Positions 1 to 11,853 of a stretch of DNA of 35,638 nucleotides are shown here, one piece after another. Numbering within the stretch: the stretch's first letter is position 1; every line of letters starts with the position of its first letter. A program made the position numbers and the translations under genes. Origin of the DNA: Octopus sinensis (taxonomy: Eukaryota). Under the pieces are notes generated by a model. It saw only the letters and a program-made list of their open reading frames with translations, ran no database searches and was not told where the DNA came from. The stretch covers positions 1-35,638 of the forward strand of contig NW_021826256.1 of NCBI RefSeq assembly GCF_006345805.1, in the 5' to 3' direction.

Positions 1-42
1 TTTCCGATCGTGAATCGATAGCCTGACCACTAAGCCACGCAC
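1..42 (-). mobile_element. tRNA-derived SINE head (family C-like), cut by the window edge
   Basis: Minus strand reads GTGCGTGGCTTAGTGGTCAGG, an A-box-like motif resembling the head of the 8557-8806 and 30170-30415 SINEs. Confidence 0.5.
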
Positions 43-344
43 TTTCCATACACGCAATAAAAGAACTCACACAAAAAATATATTTTCGGAATCACTACAA
101 AAGAATACAACACAACACATGTGCTTACTGACGCTGATTCGTTATATGTTTTACTGATTGTGTAATGTAATAGCATTCTTCCAACTCACATTATACAGTC
201 ACCATCCATAATATAACACAATATAACACTGTTATATAACTGATATCTGATATCCTGTATACGCAATTGAAACAGAATTAAATTAAAATCCTCCATTGTC
301 TACCATATAATCTATATACATAACCTCTCTACACTCGTTCATAG

Positions 345-490
345 GCAAGTTACTGCGGTATTCGTTCATGATAACATCTCTTATAGTCAAGCTGGATGAC
401 CACCTAACAGGCATTATAAAACCGAGCACCTCACAAGACTCACTAGAACCACCCAGCGCATACCCCCCATGGGTCACACAATTGCTTAAG
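345..490 (+). CDS. Candidate internal coding exon of an unidentified host gene
   Basis: AG at 343-344 and AAG|GTAAAA donor at 490/491. Only one frame is open across the 146 nt (KLLRYSFMITSLIVKLDDHLTGIIKPSTSQDSLEPPSAYPPWVTQLLK). No recognisable homology. Confidence 0.25.
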
Positions 491-845
491 GTAAAAATGA
501 ATTCCTCGCTCTTTCGGAAACATCAATCTTCTGTATTGACTGCTTTCCACCACTTTGATCTGTTTTTTGTATTGAATACGTATCGCCACCGTGGGCCACT
601 GCATCGAACACTTTGAACATAGCATGAATGAACTTACTTCAAACTATATATCAACTATACATGAACTCTAAGATGTCTGACTCCGTTGTGTATTATAAAT
701 GAATTCTTGTGTTTGACGGCATGAGCTGTCTTTTTTATATATAACTTTTTTTGATAAGGTTAATTTCAGGAACTGAAACATGTTATAATGTATATATAAA
801 TTAAAAATTGTATAATATAGCAGCATTTTCGAACTATTCATTTTT

Positions 846-848
<3 letters not shown>

Positions 849-915
<67 letters not shown>

Positions 916-925
916 ATATATATAT
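849..925. repeat. (TA)n microsatellite
   Basis: Near-perfect TA run. Confidence 0.95.
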
Positions 926-1132
926 TATTTCTCGTCAGAACTTCCGTCTAGAACAGCGTATCCCAATCGGGTTTCCTCTGAACACTATATATATAATATA
1001 TATATATATATACATATATATATAGATATATATATATATATATATGTGTGTGTGAGTGTGTGTGTGTGTGTGTGTGTGTTGTGTGTGTAGTATGTATATA
1101 TAAAACCTACCTTTTATTTGTTTATATATTTA

Positions 1133-1940
1133 CTAGCAGCATAGCCCGGCGTTGCCCGGGTATGTAAGAGCCCCTAGTAGGCAATGACTAATCCCAATCT
1201 AGTCCTTTCCCTCTAGGGAACGAAGGCGCATGTGTAGGTTGCAATGTCTTCTCTTCACTCCCAAATAACAAACAGCTATCGATAATTCAACCCAACCAAT
1301 TCCTACCAGGAAGAAATTACATTTGAGACTTTACCCCCAACACCGCCACTTCTGCTAATGGCTGCTGCAGCCGCAAGTTATTCGAATACTTTTTTTTGTT
1401 TACACTTTCTTTATAACTACCACCCCAAACGTTTTACCTTAAATTTTTGACGTACCCTAAGGGTCCTCGGACGCTACTTGCAAACTCTTGGTTTATTATA
1501 AACCGCTTTTGTTGTGTGCACCAAAAAAAACCTTTTCCATTCGTTGTTTCAGTTTGTCACTTTTGACTTTTTTCGTTGTCACTCACATTGCTGCCCGCTT
1601 TTTTTGCCGTTTTTGTGTACATTTTTATACATTTTGGGATACTTACCCACGTGTTTTCCGAGAGTTGAAAAAGGTCGAGTTGCGTCCCCTAGACAGTCTG
1701 TAGAAAATGTGTTGCATATAAAAAGTTTAGATTCTCGACCCATGTCGAATTTATCGATTTTTTTCAGAACTGGGGGGACTTTTCAAAATTTTCGCTGCGT
1801 TAGTTTTGAATTATGACATTGGGCTATGTGTGTGTCAAGTTTCATCAGAATCGGTTGAAAACCGTGGTCAGGGTGAGGGTACAACCTGACAGACACACAG
1901 ACACACAGACAGACAAACTGCCGTTTATATATAGAGAAGA
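1133..1940 (-). mobile_element. Non-autonomous Helitron (808 bp)
   Basis: Minus strand begins A|TCTTCTCTATATATAAA. It ends with the GC hairpin CCCGGGCAACGCCGGG (1145-1160), 8 nt, then CTAG|T. Insertion is between A and T with no TSD. Subterminal (CAGA/CACA) microsatellite present. Confidence 0.9.
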
Positions 1941-1959
1941 TAACGTTCCTTTTATTTGT

Positions 1960-2318
1960 TTGGGGAACCGCCATGAAGTGCTTTAGACGAACAAATCGAT
2001 CTTAGAACTTATTTCTTATGCCTAGCACTTATTCTATTGTTCTGTTTTGCTGAAGCGCTAAGTTATGGGGACGTAAACACACCAACACCAGTTGTCAAGA
2101 AGTGGTGAGGGACAAACGCACACACACATACGCACGCACGCACGCACACACACATACACACACGTACACACACACACATACACACACATACGTATGTATG
2201 TTTCCGTCTACCAAATCCACTTACAAGGCTTTGTAGAAGACATCCATGGTATCACGCACTGAGACTGAACCTGGAACCATGTGATTGGAAAGCTTCTTAT
2301 TACACAGCCACACCTGCG
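1960..2318 (-). mobile_element. tRNA-derived SINE family A (CORE-like), degraded copy
   Basis: Shares the head (GCAGGTGTGGCTGTGT...GGTTCAGT), internal microsatellite and 3' half with the copies at 7626, 16211 and 29419. Confidence 0.85.
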
Positions 2319-2460
2319 TCCTGTGTGTGTGTGTGTGTGTGTGTAAAATACCAAATTATATTATATCATATTAAATTCTTATAGTACCGCATATGAAGAA
2401 AGCCGTTCCGCTATCTTGGATTATGTTTCTTAAATCGTTATTCTCATATCAATAAACTGC

Positions 2461-2470
2461 TATAATAATA

Positions 2471-2501
<31 letters not shown>

Positions 2502-2537
2502 TAATACTAATTAATAAAATAATATAATAATAATAAG

Positions 2538-2575
<38 letters not shown>

Positions 2576-2881
2576 AAAAACAAGAAACAACAACAACACA
2601 ACAATAACAACAACAGCGATAACAACAACAAAAGACGATGAAACAAAGCAACAACAATAAAAACACCAACGGAAACAATAGAAATTACAAAGAATATCTG
2701 GAAACAAACGGAAACTTTAAATAAAAACTGCAATAACTGAAGCATGGACTACATCGAGCATAATAATAATAAAATAATATAATAAAATAATAAAATATAA
2801 TAATAATAATGATAATAATAATAATAATAATAATAAATAATAATAATGATGATGATGATGATGATGATGATGATAATAATC

Positions 2882-2922
<41 letters not shown>

Positions 2923-2988
2923 TAATATATAATAATATAATAATAATAATCAATGATGATGATGATGATGATAATAATAATAATAATA

Positions 2989-3020
<32 letters not shown>

Positions 3021-3021
3021 A

Positions 3022-3056
<35 letters not shown>

Positions 3057-3059
3057 AAA

Positions 3060-3134
<75 letters not shown>
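2461..3134. repeat. Compound (TAA)n/(CAA)n/(TGA)n microsatellite block
   Basis: Direct inspection. It explains the poly-N/I/L ORFs. Confidence 0.95.
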
Positions 3135-3138
<4 letters not shown>

Positions 3139-3510
3139 GCTTTCTAATTGATGTATCAATACCAGCAGATGACAACGTGTCTCTAAAAGAAATGGAGAAA
3201 CTTTCAAAATACAAAGACCTGGAAATAGAGGTAACCAGAATGTGGAATCTAAAAACAGAAGCAATTCCTATCATAATAGGTGCATTAGGCATGATAAAAA
3301 AATATTCAGAAAAATATAACAAAAACACCAGGACTTGCAAACACCATATAACATACAGAATTGCACTACTAGGCACTGCACACATCCTACGCAGAACACT
3401 TTCCATACAGTAACCATCAGAGCATCACAACAATCACAACAATACCCAAGGCATACAGAGCTGCGCTCGGTAGTGAAGTGAAAGCACGTTATAAAAATAA
3501 CTACTGACTA
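3135..3510 (+). mobile_element. 5'-truncated R4/Dong-like non-LTR retrotransposon: REL endonuclease C-terminus plus 3' UTR
   Basis: KCFLIDVSIPADDNVSLKEMEKLSKYKDLEIEVTRMWNLKTEAIPIIIGALG...ALLGTAHILRRTLSIQ*. (TAA)n lies on both sides. Confidence 0.85.
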
Positions 3511-3521
3511 ATATAATAATA

Positions 3522-3554
<33 letters not shown>

Positions 3555-3640
3555 GAAGAAGAAGAGAAGAAGAAGAAGAAAAAGAAGAAGAAGAAGAAGA
3601 AAAGAAAGAAAGAAGAAGAAGAAATTCTGGTTTAATAATA

Positions 3641-3687
<47 letters not shown>

Positions 3688-3690
3688 TGT
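3511..3690. repeat. (TAA)n/(AAG)n/(TAA)n microsatellite
   Basis: Direct inspection. Includes a purine tract at about 3555-3625. Confidence 0.9.
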
Positions 3691-4014
3691 TATTTTTTTT
3701 AATACAAGATTATTAAAAACCCCTTTCTTAAATTTGAATTTATAAAAGATTCAAATTTATACAAGGACTTGTTTTTTTTTTGAAATAAGTAATCCTGTCT
3801 AGAAAGCAAAATGAAAAAGTGTAAGACTTTTCTTGTAAGTTAGAGCATTTTGAATATGTTGAATAATAACTTACAACCCTGAAATAGCCCGTTCCAGTTA
3901 ATTAGAGTACACACAAACAGATGAAGAGACTGAACACACACACCACACACACATATATATATATATAAATATATATATAGTATATATATATATATATATA
4001 TTATATATAATATA

Positions 4015-4083
<69 letters not shown>

Positions 4084-4392
4084 AATATATATATATATAT
4101 AAGCGACTAACCGGTGGTTTGAAGCCAAAATTATTAACTCAATTTTATCCTTATTAATACAATCAGAGTGTAAAAAGGAGCAATGAATTTTAATTGTAGT
4201 TAGTTTTAATTTAGTTCAAGAATTAATTAAACTGTTCAATTATTTCCCTTCACAATTAAACACACCATTTTAAATACATTTTCAAATGCAATTAGGAGAA
4301 ATGGAAACAATTAGTTAATTCCAATTGCAACATATTTTCTAACAAAAGTGAACAGAAATTTCTGGACTGATAGTTTACATATGTATGTGAGC

Positions 4393-4432
<40 letters not shown>

Positions 4433-4859
4433 CTATATACAAATGTATATAAGTATTAAATAAATGTATATATGTATATATATATTATATATATATATAT
4501 ATATATAATATATATATATATATACATGTACATAGATACATACATAATATAACGCATACATATACATACCTGTAACTTACACACCATATATTATCAATAT
4601 ATGCATACATGTAAGTAAATATTTATTACACACACACACACACACACACACCATATGTATATATATATATATATAGTTAGTCATAAAATATAGTGTACAT
4701 TTAAACCATGAGGAATTCACTTTGGGATCAACACGCTAGAAGAGCACTAGGTTCCATAACCACAGATATATATATATATATATATATATATATCTTATAT
4801 ATATAGTATAAAAAATATATATAAAATACAAAATGGACAAGAACGCAAAAGACTCAAAT

Positions 4860-4980
4860 GACGACACACAAAAAACGGGCGGGTCTTTCGAGCCTCTATC
4901 TTCAGTCAAGAACCGGATCATTCTCGCAATTTCGGCCGATTAATCTTGAGATCGCTCCGATCCGGCCAGCTCCAAGGAAA
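4860..4980 (+). repeat. Dispersed repeat family F, homologous to 17490-17610 in the opposite orientation; possibly Penelope-related
   Basis: GGGTCTTTCGAGCCTCTATCTTCAGTCAAGAACCGGAT...GAGATCGCTCCGATCCGGCCAGC aligns by eye with the reverse complement of 17490-17610. Confidence 0.6.
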
Positions 4981-5425
4981 AACTAAGCTACGAGCATTAG
5001 ATTCTTGGAAAAGGATCGAATTTACGAAACAAGGGCAGAAAAACGGACGATGCCACACGAATATAAAACAATAATAGTAATAACAGGACAAAAACAGCGG
5101 GTGTCTTACGACTTTAGATAGTTCAACTTAGCTTAACTGGCGTATTTGGAAAAAAATGCCTTTACGGCAGACGAAGAAATCGGTGTTGTCGTGGCGGTGG
5201 TCAGAAGCTGAAAGGCTAGTTGACCGGCGGTCACGTGAGAGGAGAAGAGAGAGAAAAAAGGGGGCAAAGGAATCAAATAGAGAGAGAAAAAGAGGGACAA
5301 AGGCACCAAAGGGATATATATATATACAAAATATTCTATAATTATATACATAAATATAATTATAATCAGGGTCAGCTTAGCCACGTGCCGAAATTAGAAA
5401 TAGAAGCCAATGCCATTATATATAC

Positions 5426-5488
<63 letters not shown>

Positions 5489-5489
<1 letters not shown>

Positions 5490-6011
5490 CCCTTTCTTAT
5501 CATACCTAGGGCACCCACAATAACAGGAACAGTTCTCGCTTTAAGATGCCACACCTTTTGTATTTCTATTTCCAGGTCCTTATATTTACTTAATTTCTCA
5601 AATTCCTTTACAGATATATTTTTATCAATGGGAACACTTACAACTATTAATCTACAAGTATTGTCTTCTCTGTCTTTAATGACTATGTCTGGCCCATTAG
5701 CTTGGGTTCATTCTGTCTGTGTTGGAAAATCCCAGAGGATAGTGACATTTTTACCTTCAACGACTGGTTCAAGATGATGTTCATACCAGTAAGCAGGAGT
5801 ACTAATTTTGTAGTGTTTACATATTATCCAATGTAAATATTGTCTTATCCTATCATGGCGATTTTTGCATTCGTTTGGTGTCAGCACAGAACATCCCGAG
5901 ACGAGATGGTCTATTGTTTCATCAAATCTATCGCAAGAATCTGCATTTAGGGTCAAAACCTTTTTGAAAAACGTCAGCCTGGTAGTGTTTGGTAAGCAAG
6001 CTTTGATCTCG

Positions 6012-6012
<1 letters not shown>
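5489..6012 (-). mobile_element. R4/Dong-like non-LTR retrotransposon fragment: CCHC zinc knuckle plus REL endonuclease, disrupted
   Basis: CRFCDRFDETIDHLVSGC (with a frameshift), then RHDRIRQYLHW...ILWDF...PDIVIKD...KEFEKLSKYKDLEIEIQKVWHLK...VIVGALGMIRKG. Bounded by (TTA)n and (CA)n. Confidence 0.88.
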
Positions 6013-6069
<57 letters not shown>

Positions 6070-6372
6070 GAGTGAGAGAGCAGCGCATACCATCAAAGTG
6101 ACTCTGGGATACAAATATACGAAACCCTGTATACCCATCATGACCACCCGTCTGATAAGCGCATATCAGGCACATGCACCACAACTATATGTGCGCAACA
6201 TGGTGATTTCATGCTCAACTGGTTACGGTCAGACAACTGACAAACTAATCTGTGCTACTGAGCATAATATTTACTGTAACCTATCTTTTGTAACAAAACA
6301 AAACATGTACATGATAACATTTCCAATCAGTTAAGATCAGAAGCCATGAGAGCCAGTGTCTTTTGGTAATCC
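6070..6372 (-). mobile_element. Non-coding (AAT)n-tailed repeat family D, internally deleted copy
   Basis: Homologous to 6669-7214 and 31108-31227. The minus strand ends CTCTCTCACTC followed by (AAT)n. Confidence 0.7.
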
Positions 6373-6440
6373 ATTATTATTATTATTATTATCATTGTTG
6401 TTGTTGTTGTTATTATTATCATTATTATCATCATTATTAT

Positions 6441-6583
6441 GAAGGCAGTGAGCTGGCAGAATAGTTAGCGCGCTGGACGAAATGCTTAGTGGCGTTTCGC
6501 CCATAGCTATGTTCTGAGTTCAAATTCCACCGAGGTTGACTTTGCCTTTCACCCTTCAGAGTTGATAAAATAATTACTAATTT
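6441..6583 (+). mobile_element. tRNA-derived SINE family B, 5' part
   Basis: GAAGGCAGTGAGCTGGCAGAA A-box region, GAGTTCAAATTCC B-box, then GACTTTGCCTTTCA...GATAAAAT. Homologous to the copies at 15891 and 16673. Confidence 0.85.
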
Positions 6584-6590
6584 GAAACCA

Positions 6591-6668
<78 letters not shown>

Positions 6669-7214
6669 GTGTGAGCGAGCAGAGCATGCCATCAAAGTGA
6701 CACTGGGGTAAAATATACGAAGCCCAGTATACCCATCTTGACTACCCGTCTGATAAGGGTACACCAGGCACATGCATCACAACCATATGTGCGCGACATG
6801 GTGATCTCATATCAAGATAAACAGCACATGACCTTGCAGGTGGAGCCCAGTTAGAATTTTCTTCAGATCGAGTAACCCATCCCGCTCAAAAGGTCCTGAA
6901 TAAGGGTTGTTTAAGGACGTTGAACGAAACACCCATGTTTCCAGAGGTTAATTAGCAAACCCAAAGAATCCTTCTCAACACATGGCTATGATGCTCCCCC
7001 CACTACTTCTGCTCGTGATCAAGATGCACATATCACCCACTAAGACATGCTCAACTGGTTATGGTCAAACAACTGACAAGCTAATCTGTGGTATTGAGCA
7101 GAATATTTGCTGTAGCCCATCTTTATACCAAGACAAAACAATGTACATGATAACACTTCCATCAGTTAATCAGAAGCCATGAGAGCCACTGCCTGGTACT
7201 GCATCAGGGCAATT
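6669..7214 (-). mobile_element. Repeat family D, longer copy (about 545 bp)
   Basis: Colinear with 6070-6372 plus an extra 238 bp (6811-7048). Flanked by (TTA)n. Confidence 0.7.
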
Positions 7215-7231
7215 TATTATTATTATTATTA

Positions 7232-7276
<45 letters not shown>

Positions 7277-7625
7277 TGTTTTGGGGTTGCGTGTGTGTGT
7301 AAGTCTGTATGCATGCCTAGATGGATGTCTGTCCATAAATATATATGTATATATTAATGCCGATAACTATGCACCTGTATGTTTGTTGAATGAGTAAAAA
7401 AAAACACTTGGTAGATGTGCACACATGCATACTGATACACATCATATATGTATCAGCAAAATGAAACAGGAAATTTTCAACTAATTATATGATGAGTGTC
7501 AGCATGTATGTTTGCGCGCCTACCAATTTCTTTTTCACATTAAATTCCCATATAATCCGAATATACACGAGGTGAAAATTATTTTCAGAATATTTCATTA
7601 AAAAATACTTATTTTGCAGATTCTC

Positions 7626-7872
7626 TTTACTCTCTTTTACTCTTTTACTTGTTTCAGTCATTTGACTGCGGCCATGCTGGAGCACCGCCATTAATCGAGC
7701 AACTTGACCCCGGGACTTATTCTTTGTAAGCCCAGTAGTTATTCTATCGGTCTCTTTTGTCGAACTGCTAAGTGACGGAGACATAAACCCACCAGCATCG
7801 GTTGTCAAGCAATGCTAGGAGGACAAACACAGACACCAAACATACACGCAATATATATATATAATATATATA

Positions 7873-7923
<51 letters not shown>

Positions 7924-8113
7924 TATATATATATATTATATATATACATATATACGACGGCTTCTTTCAGTTTCCGTCTACCAAATCCACTCACAGGCCT
8001 TGGTCGGCCTGGGGCTATAGCAGAAGACACTTGCCCAAGGTGCCATGCAGTGGTCTGAACCCGGAACCATGTGGTTGGTAAGCAAGCTACTTACCACACA
8101 GCCACTCCTGCGC
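7626..8113 (-). mobile_element. SINE family A, full length
   Basis: tRNA-like head, CORE-like GGCACCTTGGGCAAGTGTCTT, internal (TA)n, and a 3' tail GGCGGTGCTCCAGCATGGCCGCAGTCAAATGACTGAAAC followed by (GTAAAAGA)n. Confidence 0.92.
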
Positions 8114-8556
8114 CTGTTATGAGGAAATAAATTCGATTCACTCGTATGTATTATCTGAACTCTTTTCCCCAACTCCTAATAAATTTTTCACAGCAAATTT
8201 TGATATAGTCATAATCTACACCATTTGAAGGATATTTGCGGAAAATTTCATTGAAAAGAAATATCCATTTGTAGAAAGTCTTGAGGAATCAATGTCGGAA
8301 CCTACATATCATATTTTGTTGAGATTAAAGACACAAGTAAGAACAAATGAAACGAGACAGTCGGAAAAAATGTGTCAATATAATTTGAGAATAGTTGTAC
8401 AGGCCGAAGCACACTCACATACGCATGCACACATTCACGTACACACAGTGTGCTCATGAAGACCACCTCTCACACATTTACCCTCATATATATATACATA
8501 TATATATGTGTGTGTGTGTGTATGTGTGTGTGTGTGTGTGTGTGTATGTGTGTGTG

Positions 8557-8806
8557 TAATAAATGCGCCCTTTTAAAGCCTAATCAGGCTGGTGGGCCCG
8601 GTTTCCCGGTTTCAATGGTGTAGGTGTTCCCCAGCTGGACGGGACGCCAGTCAACCGCAGCGTTACTCATTTTTGCCAGCTGAGTAGACTGGAGCAACGT
8701 GAAATGAAGTGTTTTGCTCAAGAACACAACGCGTCACCCGGTCCAAGAATCGAAGCCACAATCTTACGATCATGATGCTGACACCCTAACACTAAACCAC
8801 GCGCCT
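8557..8806 (-). mobile_element. tRNA-derived SINE family C
   Basis: Minus strand has GCGTGGTTTAGTGTTAGGG (A box), GCTTCGATTC (B box) and GTGTTCTTGAGCAAAACACTT. Related to 30170-30415. Confidence 0.8.
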
Positions 8807-8807
8807 C

Positions 8808-8861
<54 letters not shown>

Positions 8862-8862
<1 letters not shown>

Positions 8863-10142
8863 TGGGTTGTCCGGAAAGTTCGTGCCGATTTTTAAAGGAA
8901 AGAAAAAGATCAATAAATACTTGCCATTACATTTTTATTCATCCAAATATGTACCATTTTGTTGCACAATGCGTCTCCATCTTTCCTTTAACTTGAAAAT
9001 ACCCTCTTCCCAGAATTCAGGTGGTTTCATGGCAAAGAATTCATCAAGGTATCTTTTTACGTCATCCAAGGAGTTGAAACTTTTACCATTAAGACTATTC
9101 TGCAGAGACCTGAATAAGTGAAAATTCGAAAGAGCAATATCTGGTGAATATGGAGGGTGGGATGACACATCCCAGTCGAGCTGCAGCAATTTTTGTCTGG
9201 TTCCCTAAGAAACGTGCGGTCTTGCATTATCTTGTTGGAAAAGAACACCCTCCTGTTGGCTAATTCTGGACGTTTCTCTTGAATTACTGCTTTTAACTCG
9301 TCCAGTTGTGTGCAGTATTTCTCAGAATTAATTGTCTGCTTACTTGGGAGAAGCTCATAGTACAGAATTCCTTTCCAATCTCACCAGACACAAAGCAAGA
9401 CTTTTTTAGGGTGAAGACCCGCTTTTGGGGTAGCTAAGGGTGGCTCATGTTGCTTACTCCAGGATCGCTTTCTCTGAACATTTCAGTAGATAATCCATTT
9501 CTCATCACCTGTCACAATTTGCATTTAAAAAGGCGCGTTTTCATTCCGTTTATAAAGCAAATCACAGAAGGAAATGCGATCCAAAAGGTTCTTTTCACTC
9601 AACTCATGCGGTACCCAAACATCGTAGCGATTTGTGTACTCAAGCTTTACCAGGTGCTCATGAACGACGGATTTTGATAAGTTGAGGCTTTCTGCCAATT
9701 CTCGGGTTGTGCAATGTTGGTTATTCTCAATTAATGACTTGATTTGGTCATCATCTGTAGTGGACGGTCTGCATGATCGCTCTTTATCAATAAGGCTACA
9801 ATCTCCAGCTCAGAACCTTGCGAACCACTTCCGTACAGTTCTTTCGGATAAAGAAACATCACCGTAAACTGCGCATATTTCTGTGGTTGCTTGTGAAGCA
9901 TTTTTCCCTTTGCGGAAAAAGAAAAGCATCAAGTGCCCAAAATGAAGTTTTTCATCTTCCATTTTAAAGGGTTACAGAATTAACACAGGTTATAGGAACA
10001 TAAACCTTCTTCCACGAAAAGATAGCTTAAACTGTACTCTAAATGGAGGTGTAGTCAAATCGTATTTTATGGACTCAACCATGTTCTAAAATAAGTTGAA
10101 AGGTAAGCTACTATAAATCGGCACGATTTCCAGACAATCCAA
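8862..10142 (-). mobile_element. Full-length mariner DNA transposon (1281 bp)
   Basis: TIRs TTGGGTTGTCCGGAAAGTTCGTGCCGATTT (8862-8891) and 10115-10142. TA on both flanks. Confidence 0.95.
8935..9962 (-). pseudogene. mariner transposase pseudogene (mellifera-subfamily-like)
   Basis: MEDEKLHFGHLMLF...RKGKNASQA...VWVPHEL...HPPYSPDIALSNFHLFRSLQNSLNGK. Contains stops and frameshifts. Confidence 0.92.
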
Positions 10143-10156
10143 TATATATATATATA

Positions 10157-10378
10157 CAGTAATCCCTCGCCATATCGCGGTTCACCGATCATGGTTTATT
10201 ATTTAAGGTTATGTCGATTCCTCCGTTGTGTCGTTTTGCATTTGTAAATTTGTAATAAAATAAATATATACGAATTATAAAAATAATTTTTTAAATTATA
10301 TACAGTACAGTACTGTTTCTACTTCGCAGATTTTCACCTATTTGGAACATAACACCCGCAATAGTCGAGGGATTACTG
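10157..10378. mobile_element. pogo/Tigger-type MITE (222 bp)
   Basis: Perfect 13-bp TIR CAGTAATCCCTCG / CGAGGGATTACTG, imperfect to about 23 bp. TA TSD on both sides. Confidence 0.9.
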
Positions 10379-10399
10379 TATCTTATTTTTTATATTTTA

Positions 10400-10610
10400 T
10401 TTTGTTACTGTTATTTGACTGAGGCCATACTGGGGCACAACCTTAAAGGGCTTTAGTCGAGCAAATCGACTCTAGGGCTTATTTTTTAAAGCCTAATATT
10501 TATTCCATCGGTCTCTTTTGCCTAACCGCTAAATTATGGGGACATAAACCCACCAACACCAGTTGTCAAGAGGTGAGAGAGGGGCCAAACACAGACACAA
10601 AGACACGCAC
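10400..10610 (-). mobile_element. SINE family A, 3' half
   Basis: Matches the 3' half of 7626-7840 and stops at the internal microsatellite. Confidence 0.8.
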
Positions 10611-11313
10611 AAATAGATATATATATACAAACATACATGTACGTGTGTGTGTATGTGTGCGTGCGTGTGTGCGAGTGTGCATGTAGAGAGAGAGAGAGAG
10701 AAAGAAAACGGTAATCGTATCTACATGAAGAACTAACAAACAAGGTGAATATGTACTGGAAGAGAAAAAAACAATGATAAATGGGAGAAATAAACTAAGA
10801 CCCTTGAAAGACTCCCAGAATGAAGTTTTAAATACGTAAGAGATTCTCTATCAGTCAAGCTCTTCTCAACTCCTCAACTCAAAGAAATAGAAAATATCGA
10901 TCGTACCCTGTATAATGTTAATGTTAATGGTAACCTCATTAGTAGGTGACCTGGAGGCTTTGAATGCACTCCCTCTCTCACCTCTTTTCTCTACTATTAA
11001 AAAAAGGTAAGAAAGAAAAAGAAGTTGATCGTTTATATTGTTTATAATTATTTTAAATGAACAGGTAGTTTTATGCCAAGTTGCGGTATATTGACTAGCC
11101 CCAAATTTAGAGCGAAATAAATTTATCTGTATCTACTTGCAGCTAATAGGAAAACCAAAACAGAAAAATCAGAATGAATTATATCTACTCGATTAATAAA
11201 ATACGTTTGTATAAAAAAAAATAATAAAATCTCTCCCTGATTCTCTCCCCTCGAGGGAAGTTTCTTCCTCTCTTCAGTTTCTTAGCAAGCCCTATTTGTC
11301 TCTGCCTCTGAAG

Positions 11314-11495
11314 CTGAAAAGAACCACAGGTGGCGACAGCAACAACAGCCGTTCAAGAATTTGGACCTGGAGATCTCCATTTCCAACGACTTCGAGGGCC
11401 ACCTCCCAGTGGTGTCGGGCGTCAACGAAGAGCCCTCGACTACAACAAGACGACAAAAGTTTTTTTTCCAAGGTCTGGGGTCTCCCGCCCCCTAA
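11314..11495 (+). CDS. Candidate coding exon of an unidentified gene
   Basis: Pyrimidine-rich acceptor TTTGTCTCTGCCTCTGAAG|. Open frame EKNHRWRQQQQPFKNLDLEISISNDFEGHLPVVSGVNEEPSTTTRRQKFFFQGLGSPAP* with a run of C/G-ending codons, unusual in this AT-rich window. No known homology. Confidence 0.25.
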
Positions 11496-11604
11496 GCCCT
11501 AGACCATCACCTAATCACCCTTACCCGTCTCGTTGCTTAACAACAACAACAGTAACAACAACGGCGGTCACCAGTCAAATTTTACACACACACACACACA
11601 AATA

Positions 11605-11768
11605 TATACGACGGGCTTCTTTCAGTTTCTGCCTCCCAAATCTACTTACAAGGCTTTAGTCGGCCCGAGGCTAGAGTAGAAAACATTTGCCCAAGGTGCC
11701 ACGCAGCGGAACCAAACTAGAACTCATGTGTTTGGAAAGCAAGCTTCTTATCACACGGCCACAGCCAT
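11605..11768 (-). mobile_element. SINE family A, 5' half
   Basis: Head plus CORE-like segment, ending at the internal microsatellite. Confidence 0.85.
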
Positions 11769-11826
11769 GTAACCACATACGTGTTGTTTGCGATACTTTT
11801 CCTTCTCTGAACTTTCCCGTCTTTTC

Positions 11827-11853
11827 CTGAGGAAGAGCTATGCTCGAAACGTC
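11827..11853 (+). ncRNA. Minimal hammerhead ribozyme motif (family G)
   Basis: CTGAGGA-A-GAGC(TAT)GCTC-GAA-ACGT-C: intact core with palindromic stem III. Stem I is poorly paired. Confidence 0.55.

Noticed and set aside
2690-2760. Possible extra Dong 3' end (KTAITEAW...)
   Set aside because: Resemblance is too short and weak.
2449-3406. Long ORFs (229 aa, 164 aa and others) here and across the window with poly-I/L/N/Y/V/W or YI/HT/CV runs
   Set aside because: They are translations of microsatellites. Only the REL segment at 3135-3413 is real coding remnant.
4875-4910. HHR-like CTGAAGA...GAAA on the minus strand, and its homolog near 17570-17600
   Set aside because: No workable stem II or III and no NUH site. 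At best a decayed remnant.
7626-8113. tRNA genes at SINE heads
   Set aside because: A/B boxes are present but there is no complete cloverleaf, and each continues into a SINE body.
11240-11280. Minus-strand CTGAAGA followed by a hairpin
   Set aside because: Followed by GAGG, not GAAA. The context is CT-rich low complexity.
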